DNA of 35,764 nt. Origin: Sphaeroforma arctica JP610 (taxonomy: Eukaryota). Under the pieces are notes generated by a model. The model saw only the letters and a program-made list of their open reading frames with translations. It searched no databases and had not been told where the DNA came from. The position numbers were made by a program, and so were the translations under genes. The first letter of the stretch is position 1. The number at the start of each line of letters is the position of its first letter. Where the stretch lies: positions 47,304 to 83,067 of the forward strand of contig NW_014040412.1 in NCBI RefSeq assembly GCF_001186125.1. Direction: 5' to 3'. This document shows positions 33,511 through 35,764 of the stretch, piece by piece.

Positions 33511-35612
33511 TCACTTCCGTTTCGTGGGCGCGGCTGCGAGACGATATCTCTGAAACCCCTCTCTGTGACATGCGCTACACGTAGGCCGAACGAAGGCATA
33601 TGCACCATCGTCGGGCATGCGTACTTCACCAGGATCCGCACAGTTGTACCAGATGAGTGAGTCATAAACATCATAGATACACTTCTTACACCTAGTGTAA
33701 TACGAAGCATTGACTTCATCACTACACTTGATATTCTTTCGTGTACACAATTTTTCAGCCAAAGGGAGAGACTCTGGCACGACAGCATCACCGCAGATGT
33801 AGTTGTAGTCTTCATGTCTTATCGTGTCCAGATGAAGTTCTTTTTCGCTGGGCAGTATTACATTCTCAGAGTAAACCATTCGTAGGATCAAACAATCATT
33901 GCATGTAACAATCGCACGCATGTTACCCTGAATGTCCTTCAAACCTTCTATGGTTAAACCGGAAGATTTTGCGCAATGTGTGGGCTTGCGCGCAGCTTTC
34001 GCCAAACAAGTCTTTGCGGAGGGTAAATCTGCATCTGTCGCTTCGCCTGTGGGATCCATTGCTAGAGTTGCATCAAGCCTCTTGTAGTGCTCTCCACATT
34101 CATTAAGACTTGGAGTCGGCACCCAAGGAATACTTTTGAATTTCTCTGCGTCCATACGAACTCGACCATGAAATGAACACGCACCAAGGTAACACTTGCG
34201 TATCTGTATGGAGAACTCAGTCAGTCGCAGATGATCCTTCATGAAGTGCTTGAAGGATTCCAATTCCATCACCTGAGCCTTTTTAAGGTTTTTCCAATCA
34301 TATGCTTCCGGAAATAGTTTGGTCAATTGTATATAGACGGCTTCCAGTTCATCGTCATTTGCTGCTTTGTGAAGAAGAACTGGCTTTTCATCCCATTTAC
34401 AGCGTTGAAATCGTTCACCGATGGCCTCTATGCATGGAGTGACAGTGGTCTTACAAAGTTCGCGCACTGTGGGATCAATTTCATTCTTTGCTCTCCATTT
34501 CACCTGTGCATGTGTAAGTTTGCATGTGTCATTAAAAGCGTTGAAGAAATCTATTCAGAAGCAAGTACATTTGTAAAAGCCAGCGTTAGTAGAGAGAAAC
34601 ATACCATAGTGATACATGATTTGATGATGTTCTCCTGTGCTGGCGTCATCTGCTTCCTCATGAAAGAGCATCCGTTCAACCCGAGCGTAAGTGTAGACAT
34701 GCAATGCTCAACTGAATTGCGAATTGATAATCCGGCCGGTGTACGCATTGCTACGAGCATATCCAAATTCATCAAGCTCCAACACGAGATCATCGCCAAA
34801 ATAGCACTTATGTATGTTGTGTTATGGTCCGGACCACCATCTGTATATAAGCCTAATGTCGGATTCTCTCGCTCAAATATTAGGGTATTTTTGATCAAAT
34901 CGGCAACATGACGGGCAGCACTACTGTGTTCAAACACGAGATCTCGCAGTAACGTATGACAGGTGCCTTTATACCAGTTACGTACATCACGTGCGTCCGC
35001 GCGTGTTTCAGGAACTTCGACGGTTAATGCAACAGCAGCAGACACCATTTGACGTACGAAATTATGATCTGATGAAGTGAGGTGTGCGCTTGCATCCGTG
35101 ATGCCCTTCTTCTGGCGTGCGTTGGCCTGAACTGGAACGCCTGAGTCGCCGATTAATATCGCCGATTTGTCGTCTGAGCATTTGAATACGATAAGTTCCG
35201 ATAAATCGCTACTCCATTCCTTGAGATTCAACTGGCCAGCAGTTCCAAACTGCTCATCCTCATTTGCCTACAGGAAGGTAATGAAATAGACAGGGAGTTA
35301 GAATAGTTACTACATAACAAATTGAATAAACAGAAGTATACACATGTATAAAAACGCATGCTATTTTTATGTACAACTGTCATATACCTTTTGGTGCTGT
35401 CTAGTCTGGAGCATAAACTTTATGCCGAGCGCTCCGGTGAAGTTTGCACTTGCTTTCGAGTACGGGCTAGAAGGGACAAACTGCAACCGTATCCACTCCA
35501 GGCTGGGCAAGGCCGGTTTGTATGGCACGACAGCACCAGCATTAGCACTCGCTTCAGCCTGCTTAAACATATCCTGTGATACCAGATCTCGAAAATCACG
35601 CATTGAAATCAC
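33511..35612 (-). CDS. Zator/TP36(ISAzo13)-like DDE transposase with C-terminal Cys-rich Zn-binding region; intron-containing, 5'-partial
   Basis: Exons 35612-35388, 35267-34605 and 34503-33511, all phase 0 with GT-AG introns and no internal stops. A further acceptor (CCTAG) lies at 35613. Motifs: PSLEWIRLQF, SDDKSAILIG (about 35170), SDHNF, YTDGGPDH (about 34840), RTPAGLSIRNSVEHCMS (about 34708), then C-x2-C, YICG, CKKC and PTCSAC. The family assignment is from motif recall, not a search. Confidence 0.75.
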
Positions 35613-35720
35613 CTAGGTCATATACATCATATACACATGTTCTGCACGTCTTCGTTCATCCGCACTTGCCTGCGACAACGAAATATAAACATGTATGAGC
35701 AGTTTATTATCACACGTCCA

Positions 35721-35721
<1 letters not shown>

Positions 35722-35764
<43 letters not shown>
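35722..35764. repeat. (CA)n microsatellite, i.e. (TG)n on the transposase sense strand, intronic
   Basis: Pure CA run to the window end, upstream of the acceptor at 35613. Confidence 0.95.

Larger units (their letters stand above)
33143..35764 (-). mobile_element. DNA transposon (probable Zator superfamily), other end outside the window
   Basis: Contains the DDE transposase. The boundary at 33143 is tentative: TAA (33140-33142, fitting a TWA target) followed by GCGGTTCCAAATTGATATCTGTTTCTGGCGTTTCCCCGCCCCTAAATTTT. The partner TIR cannot be seen. Confidence 0.55.

Noticed and set aside
34327..34911. 194-aa plus-strand ORF and 33483-33815 alternative-frame ORF
   Set aside because: Antisense or out-of-frame overlaps of the transposase exons.

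Overview
Eukaryotic draft-assembly DNA with GT-AG spliceosomal introns, (TA)n/(TG)n microsatellites and two N gaps. Gene content and intron style suggest a unicellular holozoan such as an ichthyosporean; this is inference only. By hand-splicing I can build five phase-consistent protein-coding genes. (1) A 3'-partial minus-strand gene for an acidic, Ser/Thr-rich protein (1444 to at least 314). (2) A 6-exon gene with a single Con7-like C2H2 zinc finger (5002-8749, about 552 aa). (3) An intronless bHLH-ZIP factor with an Mlx-type DCD domain (13215-14645). (4) A 17-exon gene (17925-31790, about 693 aa) ending in an X11/Mint(APBA)-type PDZ tandem but with no visible PTB domain. (5) A 5'-partial, intron-containing, open DDE transposase resembling the Zator/TP36 superfamily with a C-terminal Cys cluster (minus strand, 35612 to 33511). 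The non-coding DNA shows two unusual features. Upstream of genes there are tracts where strong (G/C) and weak (A/T) bases alternate strictly without being simple dinucleotide repeats. In the PDZ gene, three exons are preceded by decayed copies of their own acceptor and 5' end, and the differences are mostly synonymous. Most short ORFs in the supplied track are repeat or antisense artefacts. I saw no rRNA, tRNA or CRISPR features.
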